The position numbers and the translations under genes are program-made. 19,081 nucleotides of DNA from a virus (taxonomy: Duplodnaviria > Heunggongvirae > Uroviricota > Caudoviricetes): IMG/VR virus record IMGVR_UViG_2585427764_000003. One strand, written 5' to 3'. Position 1 is the first letter of the stretch, and each line of letters begins with the position of its first letter. Shown piece by piece: positions 18,595 through 19,081 of this stretch. The notes beneath the pieces were generated by a model. That model saw only the letters and a list, made by a program, of their open reading frames with translations. It was not told the origin of the DNA and made no database searches.

Positions 18595-19081
18595 TTTAAA
18601 CCGTCTGGTCTGTTTCCTCCGGCTCTACAAAAATAATGTCCATCATTTTTAATGGACACTATCGTATGAAACACCGGACCTGGATCACTGAAGCTTTACG
18701 TCTTCACTTTGAAGAACATTTACCCCGGGTTGTGGCCGGGCGTCGCCTGGGTGTACCAAAATCAACAGTTTGTAGTATGTTCGTGCGCTTTCGGAGAGCT
18801 GGCCTTTCGTGGCCTTTGCCCGCAGGCATGTCGGAGCAGGAACTTGATGCCTGCCTTTACGGACAATTTTCCACGGTACCAGTCGTACGTCCTGAAAGCA
18901 CCGTTATATCCGAAGCCCCCGTGGTAAAAAAACGTCCCCGGCGGCCCAACTTCCCTTATGAGTTTAAAATCGCCTTAGTGGAGCAGTCACTGCAGCCCGG
19001 AGCCTGTGTGGCGCAGATCGCCCGGGAAAACGGAATCAACGATAACCTGCTCTTCAACTGGCGCCATCAATACCGGAAAGG
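18595..19081 (+). mobile_element. Partial insertion-sequence-like element (left end and start of transposase gene); continues beyond the window; family not determined
   Basis: Lambda homology on the minus strand stops at about 18590-18640; immediately beyond lies a plus-strand ORF with a transposase OrfA-type HTH signature. Exact terminus and inverted repeat could not be defined from the sequence alone. Confidence 0.55.
18666..19081 (+). CDS. Transposase OrfA-like HTH protein, N-terminal part (ORF open at window end)
   Basis: Frame from ATG 18666 is open to 19081: MKHRTWITEALRLHFEEHLPRVVAGRRLGVPKSTVCSMFVRF...KKRPRRPNFPYEFKIALVEQSLQPGACVAQIARENGINDNLLFNWRHQYRKG. The segment EFK..V..S..PG..V..IAR..G.....LF.WR.QY resembles IS3-family (IS2 InsC-like) and IS66-family TnpA HTH domains. 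Not in the ORF track because it has no stop in the window. Confidence 0.6.
   Translation, partial: MKHRTWITEALRLHFEEHLPRVVAGRRLGVPKSTVCSMFVRFRRAGLSWPLPAGMSEQELDACLYGQFSTVPVVRPESTVISEAPVVKKRPRRPNFPYEFKIALVEQSLQPGACVAQIARENGINDNLLFNWRHQYRK

Noticed and set aside
18595-18674. First ~27 codons of the track ORF 17778..18674 (MFHTIVSIKNDGHYFCRAGGNRPDGLN) as part of terminase
   Set aside because: No counterpart in lambda gpA as recalled; these codons read into the IS-like segment and begin at a GTG, so they are read-through of the junction, not terminase sequence.

Overview
The whole window is the late (morphogenetic) operon of a lambda-like prophage, encoded on the minus strand and collinear with phage lambda: A(3' part)-W-B-C-[D absent]-E-FI-FII-Z-U-V-G-T-H-M-L-K-I-J-lom-stf(5' part). 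Gene order, lengths, overlaps (ATGA-type junctions) and intergenic spacings match my recollection of the lambda map, and the translated products match lambda proteins as I recall them. The tail-assembly block Z through I, plus lom and the start of stf, looks intact. The packaging and head genes and J carry four lesions: (1) terminase gene A lacks its 5' part, which is replaced by IS-like sequence whose transposase-like ORF runs off the 3' end of the window on the plus strand; (2) portal gene B is frameshifted by an apparent 1-bp deletion; (3) about 385 bp are missing relative to lambda, removing the last ~11 codons of C/Nu3 and all of D, and joining C in frame to E; (4) J is split by a +4 frameshift and an in-frame TAA, and its C-terminal domain differs from lambda J. 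No rRNA, tRNA or CRISPR array was seen. I found no ORF set that would suggest a novel defence or other undescribed system; every substantial minus-strand ORF is accounted for by a lambda structural gene, and the plus-strand ORFs in the track (except the transposase-like one) look like antisense artefacts. All identifications rest on reading the sequence and recalled lambda protein sequences and coordinates; no database search was run.
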